A DNA stretch of 64,000 nt, taken from the IMG/VR virus record IMGVR_UViG_3300007346_007557; one strand, given 5' to 3'. The notes under the pieces are model-generated. The model was given only the letters and a program-made list of their open reading frames with translations. It was not told the DNA's origin and ran no database searches. Source of the DNA: an uncultured virus (IMG/VR IMGVR_UViG_3300007346_007557). Taxonomy: Duplodnaviria > Heunggongvirae > Uroviricota > Caudoviricetes. The translations under genes and the position numbers were made by a program. Positions 51,201 to 58,290 of the stretch are shown here, piece after piece (within the stretch, counting starts at the first letter, position 1; every line of letters begins with the position of its first letter).

Positions 51201-53148
51201 TATAAGTTTTATTCAACATAGAAAAATCAAATACAATATCACCAATATTAACAAAGTTTTGATAAGTTAATGGAAATCCTAATTCTGTATCGTTAGTTCC
51301 TTCTCCAACTCTGTAATTAAAAATTCTATTTCCAGTAAAATCATTATTCAAATAATAGTTTGTATCACTTATACTATATCCGTCTTTGTCAAATAAATCA
51401 AATAAAGGTGCTTGATTAACACCTGATTTATCTTGTGCTAATTTCCACTCAGTTCCGTTGTACCAAAAACTTTTGCCGCCGTTTTTGTTACCTTGGCTTG
51501 CAAGTATTGTTTGATCTAAAATAGGATCGGTATCATCAGTTTCAATTAATGCAATTTGTTTTACATTGTTATGTGTAATAAATTTAACTTGGAAAATTTT
51601 TCCGTTTACAAGATAATCTTGATCTGCTGTAAACAAAACACGCATGCCTTCCGCTAAATCTATTCCATCAACATTATATCCTACACTGCCTTCGATTGTA
51701 GACATTACATCTTTTGTAAAATTGTCAACAAGATTTACGTTTTGTTTAAATGTAGTGCCGTGATTGTATAAACGTAAATTTGGCTCAAATTCAATAATTG
51801 GACGTTTTGCTCTTGAACTTTGATCTAATTCTAAAAGTTGATTATTAATCTCAGCACTTTTAACAATTACATCTCTATGGAACCATTTGTTATATCTAGC
51901 CCATGCATTTTTACTATTATCTCTTCTAGAAATCACAAAGTAATCTTTTGTTCCAGCAAATGTTGTTGCATCACTAAAAGGTACTCTATCAAAACCATTA
52001 GTATCAAACGGAACGAAAGTGTTGGTTGTAAATGTAGCAGGAACTTCTAAACTATCAACCGAAATAAGTTGAATTTTTGATCCTACTCCTTCTACATAAA
52101 ACAAACCGTTAGCATATTCAGCAGGCGTAACTTCGCCTGTAAAATACACTTTCATTCCATTGCTAAATTTCCACCCTGATTCTGTAGTATAAGTTTTTTT
52201 ACCAATAATTTCTTCTTCAACATTTATTTCAGTATTTTCCTCAATGTCGAATATGTTAAAAACACCACTTGTGTTAATATCGTTTTGACTGATGTAATAT
52301 AAAGTGTCTGGTGCATTAGTCGGAATAGTAAATTCTAATACTCCATTTTCAACAAAACCTTCTTTAATATAGTCATCTTTGTCAATTACAGGATTATCAG
52401 TTTCATTATGTGTAATGGTTACACCGTCTGTAAAAGGATTAATTATTAAAGCACTATCTTCAAATACACCACTTTGATATGCACGTGATAAAGCAATACC
52501 AAAAGGATTTCCTGGTGCGTTTACTTCAAATCTATAAGTTTGTCCTCTAAACAATTTTATAGATTTATTACGTGTCAGCCCATCTGGTGTAATTAAAAAT
52601 GCAGTATTGTCATCATCAACTACCGTTTCAACTACATAAGTGCTAGTTACTTCTTTGCTTTGTCCTCTTACAGGAACTTCTTGAGGCCCATTTGGCAGCC
52701 AATAATATTCACGGAAATTTGTAAATTTATCAAAATCAATGTGAGGATCCCAAGCATAAAATTCTTGTTCAAAAAGGTTGTTATGATTGTCAATAGTACC
52801 ATTAAATGATTTTAATGTGCCTAACATATCAAGGTAGTCAGCATCAAAATTTACATTTCCTAAAATATCAGTTACAACACCAAAAGTTTCTAATTGATAA
52901 TCTTCTCTATTTTTTGTAATGTCTGCAACATATTGATCATTAATATTTGCAGCTTTAGCTTCTCTACGTCCAACAAAACCGTTGATCTTTTCTACTACAC
53001 CAGGATTAGTAAATTGATCAAGTGTAGCACTTAAAAACTTTTTGTTTTGATCAGTCCTAAAATATCTCGGTAGCAAAGCATCGTTGTTTCTTTGCTCGTT
53101 GCTATTTTGTGGAATAGGATATTCGTTTTGATTATCGTTGTAAGCCAT
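39235..53148 (-). CDS. Giant (4637 aa) multidomain virion protein, probable gp7-like baseplate wedge with adhesin-type inserts
   Basis: Uninterrupted 13.9-kb ORF directly after gp6; FG-GAP-like propeller repeats, CBM5/12-like W..Y..G.IV.Y motifs, an FCCH-like beta domain, (V/I).N.G.(G/N)Y repeats. Confidence 0.75.
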   Translation of the reverse strand: MAYNDNQNEYPIPQNSNEQRNNDALLPRYFRTDQNKKFLSATLDQFTNPGVVEKINGFVGRREAKAANINDQYVADITKNREDYQLETFGVVTDILGNVNFDADYLDMLGTLKSFNGTIDNHNNLFEQEFYAWDPHIDFDKFTNFREYYWLPNGPQEVPVRGQSKEVTSTYVVETVVDDDNTAFLITPDGLTRNKSIKLFRGQTYRFEVNAPGNPFGIALSRAYQSGVFEDSALIINPFTDGVTITHNETDNPVIDKDDYIKEGFVENGVLEFTIPTNAPDTLYYISQNDINTSGVFNIFDIEENTEINVEEEIIGKKTYTTESGWKFSNGMKVYFTGEVTPAEYANGLFYVEGVGSKIQLISVDSLEVPATFTTNTFVPFDTNGFDRVPFSDATTFAGTKDYFVISRRDNSKNAWARYNKWFHRDVIVKSAEINNQLLELDQSSRAKRPIIEFEPNLRLYNHGTTFKQNVNLVDNFTKDVMSTIEGSVGYNVDGIDLAEGMRVLFTADQDYLVNGKIFQVKFITHNNVKQIALIETDDTDPILDQTILASQGNKNGGKSFWYNGTEWKLAQDKSGVNQAPLFDLFDKDGYSISDTNYYLNNDFTGNRIFNYRVGEGTNDTELGFPLTYQNFVNIGDIVFDFSMLNKTYSYEKIDNTTGTISSDTLFLKKTDNGTTLVNAWKKANRKSRQYVVRKYTGEEFTNNFPIDVYTNSANLTDIDVRVFVNNDYKIAGVDYAFINENNVRKIVLNKNIEFTDIVIVKTYSSANKNENGYYEIPHNFERNPLNNNIIEFTLGQVNDHVEGLVQELSNFSGIHPGENNLRDLGDIIPFGRKFVKHSGPFNLALYHLVSKENNIVNAARFALNEYTKFKRLFLQVAKENSFTGNVKEQVDQIFYSINSEKNKRMPFYSSDMLGVGGSKKLSYEVLDFRNQYYALSELFDKTKISNKAVNVYVNNIQLTHGIDYEFDENGFVKITSTLSNGDEIEIFEYANTEGSFVPPTPTKIGMYPAFEPKKFLDTSYSTPTQVIQGHDGSLTVAFNDYRDELLLELEKRIFNNLKVAYDTSIFDIHDIIGGQNRNTKITNRQIDAIMIKDFLDWNKIAKVKDYTNNDFVTFGSPFTYNYRLSTSPSNVQLPGFWRGVYKFAYDTDTPHLTPWQMIGFSIKPSWWEAQYGPAPYTSDNLVLWNDLSKGIIREPNKPVRINPKYVRPNLLKHLPVNSNGQVVSPVESGYSRSFSYTTSNFLPFKFGDHGPTETAWRRSSGYPFSLMVAAIVLKPSHVIGVGFDRSRITRDLSGDLIYADTNKTIRLQDIKFPQQELDDGYCITGGFVNWITEYSNTNVDADYSQYITNIQTFDNKIAFKLAGFADKNKLKLVLDSKTPLNKGNVFVPFENYDISLRKSSVLDVVTYSGIIIERVSGGYKINGFDDQNPTFKYFAHRTTANDPNFSVGGISESFIPWAENKIYVAGKIVQYQDKYYRVNQTHTSTNDFDSSKFSLLSSLPIVGGVTATLRKNFESQVSVLDYGTILPSVQEVVDFIIGYGKQLQNQGFVFDYYNSSINAIENWSLSAKEFLFWTTQNWSENSVITLSPGANRLLFSSEYFVVDNIFDSITGAVLNESKKPIKNAKSNIARDKTNLFSLKSDNEGIYFCKLNLIQKEHVVILDNKTVFNDTIYDPETGYRQERLKVVGYRTDGWNGSLNIPGFTYDDSKVTEWKSWKDYQIGDLVKFKEFYYSANVKHSGTEEFNYSLWQRLPERPQKSLTPNWDYKANQFTDFYDLDTDNFDSEQQRLAQHLIGYQKRDYLQNIIQDDVSQYKFYQGFIQDKGTNNALTKLFDKLGSADKDSLEFFEEWAIRVGQYGATSSYEEVEFQLDESKFRIEPQTIELVQSVNNTRTDLVYQYPKKDIYLSTTEYNNEPFPVIYREEEYSKTGGYVKLDQIDFIAKTFVDILALDVDSVDIGDYVWVPENNQTWNVYKHIQSPIRILSITQTANGFEAQFDKPVPFADGEIVGFNNINDEINGFWLARNITYNKMEIYLDTPISDEFIDLSDSTLGIVTQMNSRRVTTSENINDIVQKYDITDNERIWVDDNGTGKFEVFDNKPVFEFKKELLNPRTGDTGFGSVIAVSDNNTIMAVGAPEYEDGEVYIYARLSEASDFVLIQTLSPVDQISIEITNATQTNPVVITTSENHNLVDGRRVRFTNVPGMTDINDNNYYIEVVDDTTLNLYNDGALTSSVDGTGFGAYVYNPLVHTTRGDMAKLLFDPLGKFGTSVSISPDSNYLFVGSPDASNVATRYRGVLDPAGAYETGDIVSQKGTLWRAKVDIIPESSTINLLSQDWEEVDVINIDAEGYTIPYNNMGYVSVYKKDTNNSFNLLERFVSPEPVADEKFGLALKSKNISDFRYRTFIRSATDNGRVYFTENKEDDYNKIKFTKDKNYKGEWLTISKYIENEIVYYDGDLYQANTTVLAGDLFNSSQWTLLSAGIDYLGYIPSAGDGDLLDEDSSEFDLATAVGRNFDVSRNGDVLVIGGYITAATEYRVSVYRYANNRFVWSQNLDAPLDDILFGASIAISDDGSKVAIGAIKADDTGINNGKVYVYKYNNTEFVLDQELFSPDGEKNEEFGVKVDFFGNKLAVMSVNGNTSYTIAFDSNLTYFDNKATELTDVEYDTGQIYVFEPLNNKLVYAEKMRYANNFADARNPFVTFVDNHYYLSAPFAENTTKRGFVTDFRSERGANAWMTNSVGENYVNIDKIRGVYLYDKITSDLITYLDVLDPIQGRIAGPAEQELSYKTYYDPATYNVGLITDSNIWDSTQVGKLWWDLSTVKWFNPYQGNIEYKSNTWNKVIPGFEVDVYEWIQSDLLPSEWDEIADTVEGLANNISGQSKYSDSQYTTTKVYDPVSQTFSNQYFYWVKNKKVTPDVESRKISAQSVSQLISDPAGNGYRFALLLDQNKISLHNVRSLIKDTDTILHVNYNAIEDALDYNIHTEYKLLTEGLASSKPSDNTVRKWVDSLVGYDAQQNQIPSLDVSVGRRYGILDSPLQSMFVNKTEALKQIVERVNNVFSNNLIVDEFDISPLFSIDAAPSKFSGAWDTKVASENLLRFVGTAKITQAKLTPTIVDGVITAVTITNKGRGYIDPNYTTGARKGPVVEIVGTGENAELQTYINEIGQITSVEVVNGGKNYLDTTTLVVRPFSVLVENDSTISGFWSVYSWNSSTRDWFRQYIQSYDVTRYWQYVDWYATGYNATTAIDEVVPGAYALSSLNNRIGSVVKIENIGSGGWLLLEKIDNQAEVDYTVNYKTIGRQNGTIQISQLLYNNQTSGFDNQVYDAVLYDREPINETRIIMYALRDNIFVDQLEVEWNKLFFSSVRYALAEQPSIDWIFKTSLVTAKHNVGELEQKITYQNDNLPNYQDYVNEVKPFSTKVREYISSYEKVDPTRTTITDFDVPPRYDADKGKIITDLVKVINNQIVFYDNEITTYPQKHWLDNAGYEITKFVISNAGNLYTDTANVIVSGGGGPTLTGYARVGGGKITLIDVNTTGAKYYSAPTVEINGSVEEGGSSAKAYAIIGNGVSRRTHMLVKFDRITGNYLFSTLDETQTFTGNGGQTEFSTKWPMSTKKADTKIFVNNEQLLTNDYVVSNTLDTSKGYDRYLGKITFTNAPVDTSTIVVEYKKSTNLLHAVDRINYFYNPKTGMLGKDLSQLMDGIDYGGVQLDSVDFGTDRGFEASPFGLDFDTFDTTFEDEIITLDGSTQVVELANVLESNVQYNVYLNNVRIDDPNFDGSSATANPNAKMVTITGDGISNTVFLDSDYVTTAANDILIVRKSTSDGSFTPETTAYDVSLQGGNFEYTTANGIDAGDIVVDGDGFVTETTSKGPEEQVPGQVLDTMDLQVYNVVNDGQGVISVKTHITDGSTIEYDFVKYPQADTSMIVKLNNYVMDSNDYTIDWETATIRLADSSAWEANALLSILTIGANGKNIIDTDQYIAVDNTTRLVPTNVKFVNDMSGFVTLNGTLQFTTDPANYSLQKDADGFCVIEFPVPLQTGDIVNYTLYEGETNQYSQLLVDQTFVSDGVNRVHRFTTDPMVPLPGVAMPLSHRILVSVDNKFLNPGYKTRHTLTTERAYPIDLWQFEDPTQIRNSDVFAYVNDQKLGPQDYLYDPINGRVQLLSNTVGLAGQVLDIYVVRDAEYYFVDTVVTITNGDAINNYEQGDVVEFATTDDSTTQVATVETFTRNGSEVKIKLQGYLRDLIQIKSLDDTPPVIASSLVDSTQVVISKIECVESDNLTLDQVPAAGSDVNIYVFSNHDINDIRRNTYDVVYYTTHAPVGSDEYIEKNSLSRGYIKLEKTAVSAEYVWVLRNGILQTPNIDYKLTPGLDAVQLMRKPGGTETIEVIQFAAIVSKPKFAYRIFKDMLNRTHYKRISNSNSYELNQPLNYYDNSIVLTDATGIQEPNRSIGLPGVIWVDKERIEYYSVTGNVLRQIRRGTLGTGTPNIIPKGTTVYGQGIEENIPYKDATYTTKYVGDGSTHQFVLDFVTDTINSFDVFVGGRRLRKNSISVFNQTLDQDSPDADETVPAEFSVEVVSVDGTLQTVLTLADIPADGINIQIVRKTGKVWSDTDKSLVDSNNQIANFIKKSTISYPR

Positions 53149-53150
53149 TA

Positions 53151-56100
53151 TTAGCTATTGCCTCCAGTATAATAGGTAGTAGTAACTTCACTTTGTATTC
53201 CTGTGTTTAATACTTCGTCACTTGTAACAACTTTACCTGATGCTTTAAGTCTAGTTGCAGTTAATGCATCAATAATTTCAACATCTTCAACTGCTGCTGC
53301 ACTTATAAAAATTTCATCATTTTCACTTTTTATTTCATATAAGCTACCAAACACTTGTGTTTCGTCTCTTGGAACAAGCACAATATTACTTACATCTGGA
53401 CTTAGCTGTTTCATAATATAAGTTGCTAATTCACTAAAATAAAATGTTTCACCAAAATCCCAATTTTCTAATGCAAAAAATTCATTTATAGCACTAATTG
53501 TTCTTGATTTTACGTCATTATCATTTACAACTCTGTTTGGATTTTTAACAATTTTAATATCAGCTTGTAAATCAACAGGTGCTTGACTTCCAAACAATGG
53601 TTTATATTTTACAGGATGATAAACCACTTCGTCACTTACACTTTTAATTTTATTAATTTCAGCACCATAACTTAAATACAATGCATCACTACTTGGCGGT
53701 AATGGTTTTACACTAACTTGCCCTGACAAATATTTTCTATAATTTTCATCATAATTTTTAGTAAGCAAATAAACATCCATTATGTTACTACTACTTGGAT
53801 CAATTCGTCTATTTTCAGCAGCGGCATGAACATAATCAAATCTAATTTTATCTCTACCTACATATGCAACATAATCCACTGAAAGTGTAAGTGCTGTTTT
53901 TGTTGAATTAAAGACCTTGAAAATGTCCTTTGTTTTTATGTAGAATACCGCATCTGCATCATATTGACTATAAGCACCTATACCGCTTTCAGTTTCAACA
54001 ATAGTAATTTTTGCTTTGTCTTTGTCAATATAATTAAAATTTTCACTGCCATTTTGAACAACTTTTTTACCAAATACCAATTTTGTTAAAGGCGATGTGT
54101 CTGGCTGTACTATATGCACAAATAAATCAGGATCGTCAATTACTCCGTCGTTGTCTGTATCGATAAAACTTAATTCTAATTTTTTACTATCAACATATCC
54201 TGCTTTATTTCTAAATGCAGCACTAACTTGCCAAGTCCAATTTTGTGTAAAATTAATTAAACTATCTGGTTGATTATTGTTGCTTAGTACACTAATACTA
54301 TCAGTAACAATTTTTCCTGTTTTACTATCATAAATTCTATCTAATCCATCAAAATAAAATCTAATTTGCTCATCGCTTTCAAACACATATCTTGTACCGC
54401 GACTTTTAATTGTATATTTTTCACCATTAGTTTCAAATAATAATAACCAACTAGAATCTAATTGTTGATTACTTGCATCTCCAGTTTTACTTGTACTAAA
54501 ATTATCTTTTGTGTTTAAATTATTTGCAAAAACTACGGCCCATTCTCTACTATTTGTATCATAACGTAAACCAAAGGTTTTGTATGCAAATGTTTGATCG
54601 ATTATTTCTGTAATTACATCATCATTTATTGTAATATTAAGTTTTGGAATAATTTCACCAATGCCGCAACCGTTAGGAATTTTTTCATTAAACACAATCG
54701 GTCCTAATCCGTTTTCGTCTGCACCTGTTCCATCTTCTGTAATAGAAACAACTTTTGCCCAAATATAATTTTTATCGCCAAGCACCGACGGTGTTCCTGT
54801 TTTTAAATTATTGTATTTGTCAAAATATTGATTTGCGGGAGGTAAAAATTTAATTAAAGAATCTTTTTCTACAAATTTCATTATTCCTGATGTAAATGTT
54901 GATACTTGTACTGAAATGTCAAACTGATCAATAAATTTGCCAGTACCTCTATTTGTTTCATTTGAAGAAGACGACCATGAGTACCCTAAATCTTGTATAC
55001 TTTTGTTTCTATCAAAATTATCAAAGTAAAAGTTTTTCACATATGTATTTTTGATAATAGGTACTATTTGATTATATATTACACCTTCAATATCAGTTCT
55101 ATTTGTAAATTCAAAACTATCTTTTGAATCTATGTTTTCTTTATATAAACTTCCGTCATCACCAAACATCAATGTGTTACTATATTTTCCAGTAGCATCT
55201 TTCAAATCGTAATATCGACTAATACCGCTACTAGTTCTGTTCACACTTTTTGCTTTAATAATTTGTTGGCTTACACCTAAAGGACCAACATTATAATCTT
55301 CTGCTGTAATTAATCTATTTTGAGTGTAATAATTACTAGGAGCATTTATTTTAATGCTTTCGTTTGACTCTTCTGCATCTGCATTTTCAACAACTGATTT
55401 TAATTCTAAAATAATGTTTAAAGTTTCTTGTGTACCGTTTTTACTTACATATGGAATTTGCAAATTAATACCAATTAAATCACTTGGTAAAATTTTGTAA
55501 CTTTCGTTTTCACTTTGACGATAGTATGCTTTAAATTTTCCTTTTGGTAATTCTCCAAACGTGCCATCACTAAAAATTAAACTAATACGATTGTTAACTC
55601 TACTTAAAACACTATAGATTGAACGTATACCTTTTGATATACTATTGTATATAATATTATTGCCTTCGGTATTTGAAACTTTATTCCAAAGGTCTGATTC
55701 TGTTTCGTTACTATCTAATTTGTAAAGCCAAATATCATCATTGTTAATATTATCAGCATCAATATTAATAATTGTGTTAGGTGTTGAATTACTTACAGCA
55801 AAAGTTGTATTATTTAAGGTACCTTGTCTAAAATGAACAAAGAAACCACTATTTGAGCTGCCTGCACCTTGTCCGTTGTCACGATATAAAAATCCTAATC
55901 TATTACCAGGATAGGGTGCTTCTTCAACAATACTAGATGTATCGTTATCAATACCTGTGCTAACAATTTCAAATCTTTTTGTTGTTCCGCTTACTAACTT
56001 ACTAAAGCTGTATACTGGAACATCGGTATTATTACTATTAAATCTGTATTGTTCTGTACTAACACCATCAATTTGCATTTTACTAACTGGTCTACCAAAA

Positions 56101-56606
56101 ACATTATTAGCAGGTAATGCAGCATTTAATATTTTAACAAATTGCTCATACCAATTAGGATTGGTATTGTCATTCCAAATAATACTTTGGTTGGCAAGAT
56201 TATTTCCATTGCTGTCTACAATATCTTCTGTGGTGCTTATTGTTTCAAATTTTAACAAGCCACTAGCAGCAATATTACGATTAGAATTATAACTAATTAA
56301 TCTTGCTAAACGTAAAATACTTTCTCTTCTATCTGCAAGTTCGATATAGTTTTCTCTTGCATTTAAGTCTGTACGGAAAGCAAGGTTTTGACCTAAAAAT
56401 GCAATCAAATCGATTAAGGCAAGATATTCCGAACTTTCAATATAATCATTGAAATCTTCAGGATAATTTTCCCTAATGTAATTAATCATTGTTCTACGCA
56501 AATTATCAAAGTCATAACTTTGGAAATCTGCATATCTAAAACTCTGGTAAATTGTTTTCCAATCTTCTGCCAGAAGTAATCTATTTTGCCTGTCGGTTGT
56601 TGACAT
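53151..56606 (-). CDS. Baseplate wedge protein, T4 gp6-like
   Basis: DFDNLR, FNDYIESS, DLNARENY..A..RESI..LA, FSDG.FG..P, ES.ESIK.NAP..Y.TQNR.IT.EDY. Likely start ATG 56606 (GAGG upstream). Confidence 0.85.
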   Translation of the reverse strand: MSTTDRQNRLLLAEDWKTIYQSFRYADFQSYDFDNLRRTMINYIRENYPEDFNDYIESSEYLALIDLIAFLGQNLAFRTDLNARENYIELADRRESILRLARLISYNSNRNIAASGLLKFETISTTEDIVDSNGNNLANQSIIWNDNTNPNWYEQFVKILNAALPANNVFGRPVSKMQIDGVSTEQYRFNSNNTDVPVYSFSKLVSGTTKRFEIVSTGIDNDTSSIVEEAPYPGNRLGFLYRDNGQGAGSSNSGFFVHFRQGTLNNTTFAVSNSTPNTIINIDADNINNDDIWLYKLDSNETESDLWNKVSNTEGNNIIYNSISKGIRSIYSVLSRVNNRISLIFSDGTFGELPKGKFKAYYRQSENESYKILPSDLIGINLQIPYVSKNGTQETLNIILELKSVVENADAEESNESIKINAPSNYYTQNRLITAEDYNVGPLGVSQQIIKAKSVNRTSSGISRYYDLKDATGKYSNTLMFGDDGSLYKENIDSKDSFEFTNRTDIEGVIYNQIVPIIKNTYVKNFYFDNFDRNKSIQDLGYSWSSSSNETNRGTGKFIDQFDISVQVSTFTSGIMKFVEKDSLIKFLPPANQYFDKYNNLKTGTPSVLGDKNYIWAKVVSITEDGTGADENGLGPIVFNEKIPNGCGIGEIIPKLNITINDDVITEIIDQTFAYKTFGLRYDTNSREWAVVFANNLNTKDNFSTSKTGDASNQQLDSSWLLLFETNGEKYTIKSRGTRYVFESDEQIRFYFDGLDRIYDSKTGKIVTDSISVLSNNNQPDSLINFTQNWTWQVSAAFRNKAGYVDSKKLELSFIDTDNDGVIDDPDLFVHIVQPDTSPLTKLVFGKKVVQNGSENFNYIDKDKAKITIVETESGIGAYSQYDADAVFYIKTKDIFKVFNSTKTALTLSVDYVAYVGRDKIRFDYVHAAAENRRIDPSSSNIMDVYLLTKNYDENYRKYLSGQVSVKPLPPSSDALYLSYGAEINKIKSVSDEVVYHPVKYKPLFGSQAPVDLQADIKIVKNPNRVVNDNDVKSRTISAINEFFALENWDFGETFYFSELATYIMKQLSPDVSNIVLVPRDETQVFGSLYEIKSENDEIFISAAAVEDVEIIDALTATRLKASGKVVTSDEVLNTGIQSEVTTTYYTGGNS

Positions 56607-56631
56607 TTGCACTTATCCTCGCTGTATAGTA

Positions 56632-56639
56632 TATTTACC
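56632..56639 (-). promoter_or_regulatory. T4-type late promoter box
   Basis: GGTAAATA upstream of the gp6-like gene. Confidence 0.55.
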
Positions 56640-56660
56640 TGATATGATAAAGTGCGTAGT

Positions 56661-57095
56661 TTAAATTAAACCGTTGTTTTGATCAAATCTTAATCGTAAT
56701 GTTTCTGTAATGCTGTATGGCAAATATGTAATACTACAATCAATTTGAATACCACTTTCGTATGTATCAATAATAATATCTTTAACATTAACACGAGGAT
56801 CATAATTTATTATTTCTGTGACATTTTTAATAATTGCTTGTTTTACATCTTCTGTAAACGGTTCAAAAAGTATATCCCAAATAATTGTTCCAAATTTAGG
56901 ATTTTCTAACTTTTCTCCTTGACGAATATGGAAATGATTTATAATATCTTGTTTAATAATTGCAATATCATATAAATTAAAGTTTTTTGAATTAGCTACC
57001 GTGCTAATACCTCGATAGGTTTTACTTGCAGGAATAGAATCTTTCTTTCCTTCAATGGTAATATTTTTGTATAAGGGTTTTTCACTTGTAGCCAT
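56661..57095 (-). CDS. Baseplate wedge subunit, gp25-like
   Basis: IKQDIINHFHIRQGEKLENPKFGT.IWD.LFEP..I..YDPRV. Confidence 0.88.
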   Translation of the reverse strand: MATSEKPLYKNITIEGKKDSIPASKTYRGISTVANSKNFNLYDIAIIKQDIINHFHIRQGEKLENPKFGTIIWDILFEPFTEDVKQAIIKNVTEIINYDPRVNVKDIIIDTYESGIQIDCSITYLPYSITETLRLRFDQNNGLI

Positions 57096-57099
57096 AACG

Positions 57100-57107
57100 T
57101 ATTTATT
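57100..57107 (-). promoter_or_regulatory. T4-type late promoter box
   Basis: AATAAATA 4 nt upstream of the gp25-like ATG. Confidence 0.5.
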
Positions 57108-58266
57108 CCGTTATTAAGAACACAGATCCATTAATTACTTTGCGTACTTGTTCTATTCTTTCATTTGTAGTTTGCTTACGCAAACCGTATCTACCATTAG
57201 ATTTTCTTATGATTTCTTTATCAAATTCGATAGCTGCTTCTCTTGCATTTGAATACAATTTGTCAAATAAAGGATCGTTTATAGTTGGATTACACAAAGT
57301 GTGCAATTCTCTTGCACGATCAGATACATTTTTACACGCCACTGCTGGATGTTCGTCAAACTCTAAATTTGCTGCTATTGCAACAGCATCTACAGCAGAA
57401 ATGTTTGGCTTTGATCTTATTGCTCTATTAACTAAATTAGCGCCCACACCAACTGCTGCGGCCTGCATTAATGCTTTTTGATCTGCTGGCAATCTATTAA
57501 TAGCACCATTAATGTTTGAAACTAATCCACCAACATCTCTGGTAAATTGTCCAAAAACTGGGCCTACACCTGGTATAGACGATATTGCCTTTCCAATTCC
57601 TTGTGCAAGACCGCCAGCTGCTTGTCCTAATGCATTACTTAAACCTCCTAGTGCTCCATTTAGCGCACCGCCAAAAGCACCTCCAATACTAGCTAATGAT
57701 CCTGTAAGTCCTGTGCTGTTTAGTAATCCACCTAAAGCACCACCTAACATAGCACCAAATATATTGCCTCCGCCTATACTAGACAAACTTCCTTGCACAC
57801 CTTGCAAAAAACTATCAATTGTTATTTCAACAGCTTCTCCTGCTGGATCAACTATACTTGTACGTTGAGGTGCATAATTGCTTGCTGGACTTGTGCCACT
57901 AAAAGTGACACCACCAGCACCGCCAACACCTCCAAAACTACCAAATGCTTCTCCTAGAACACCTTGTAAATTAGGTAATCCCGGTAAATTAGGTAATTGC
58001 GAAAGTGCACCTTGTAATTGTCCTACAGCATTACCAATTAATGCATTTGCTGCGCCACTTACTGCACCTTCTAATGCACCTTTTAAACTGCCCCCTGTTG
58101 CAAGAGCACCTACAGCACCAGTTAATGCACCTGCTGCTGCAATATTTCCTTGTGTTATATTGCCAATAGTAGCATCTACTTGTCTATTTGCAAGTCCAAA
58201 TGCACTTTGTCTAATAGTGCTATCAATACGTCCTAAGCTGCCTTTTTTAACTGGAAATGTTGCCAT
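57103..58266 (-). CDS. Gly/Ala-rich hypothetical virion protein with glycine-zipper segments
   Basis: Long GxxxG runs (GAMLGGALGGLL, GGAFGGALNGALGGL); lies between gp5 and gp25. Confidence 0.6.
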   Translation of the reverse strand: MATFPVKKGSLGRIDSTIRQSAFGLANRQVDATIGNITQGNIAAAGALTGAVGALATGGSLKGALEGAVSGAANALIGNAVGQLQGALSQLPNLPGLPNLQGVLGEAFGSFGGVGGAGGVTFSGTSPASNYAPQRTSIVDPAGEAVEITIDSFLQGVQGSLSSIGGGNIFGAMLGGALGGLLNSTGLTGSLASIGGAFGGALNGALGGLSNALGQAAGGLAQGIGKAISSIPGVGPVFGQFTRDVGGLVSNINGAINRLPADQKALMQAAAVGVGANLVNRAIRSKPNISAVDAVAIAANLEFDEHPAVACKNVSDRARELHTLCNPTINDPLFDKLYSNAREAAIEFDKEIIRKSNGRYGLRKQTTNERIEQVRKVINGSVFLITE

Positions 58267-58282
58267 GTTGTTACCCTCATAA

Positions 58283-58290
58283 TATTTATT
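58283..58290 (-). promoter_or_regulatory. T4-type late promoter box
   Basis: AATAAATA upstream of 58266. Confidence 0.55.

Noticed and set aside
57140..58282. Pro/Ala-rich plus-strand ORFs
   Set aside because: Antisense shadows of the Gly-rich gene (GGN codons read as Pro/Ala/Thr). The other short antisense ORFs in the track are rejected for the same reason.
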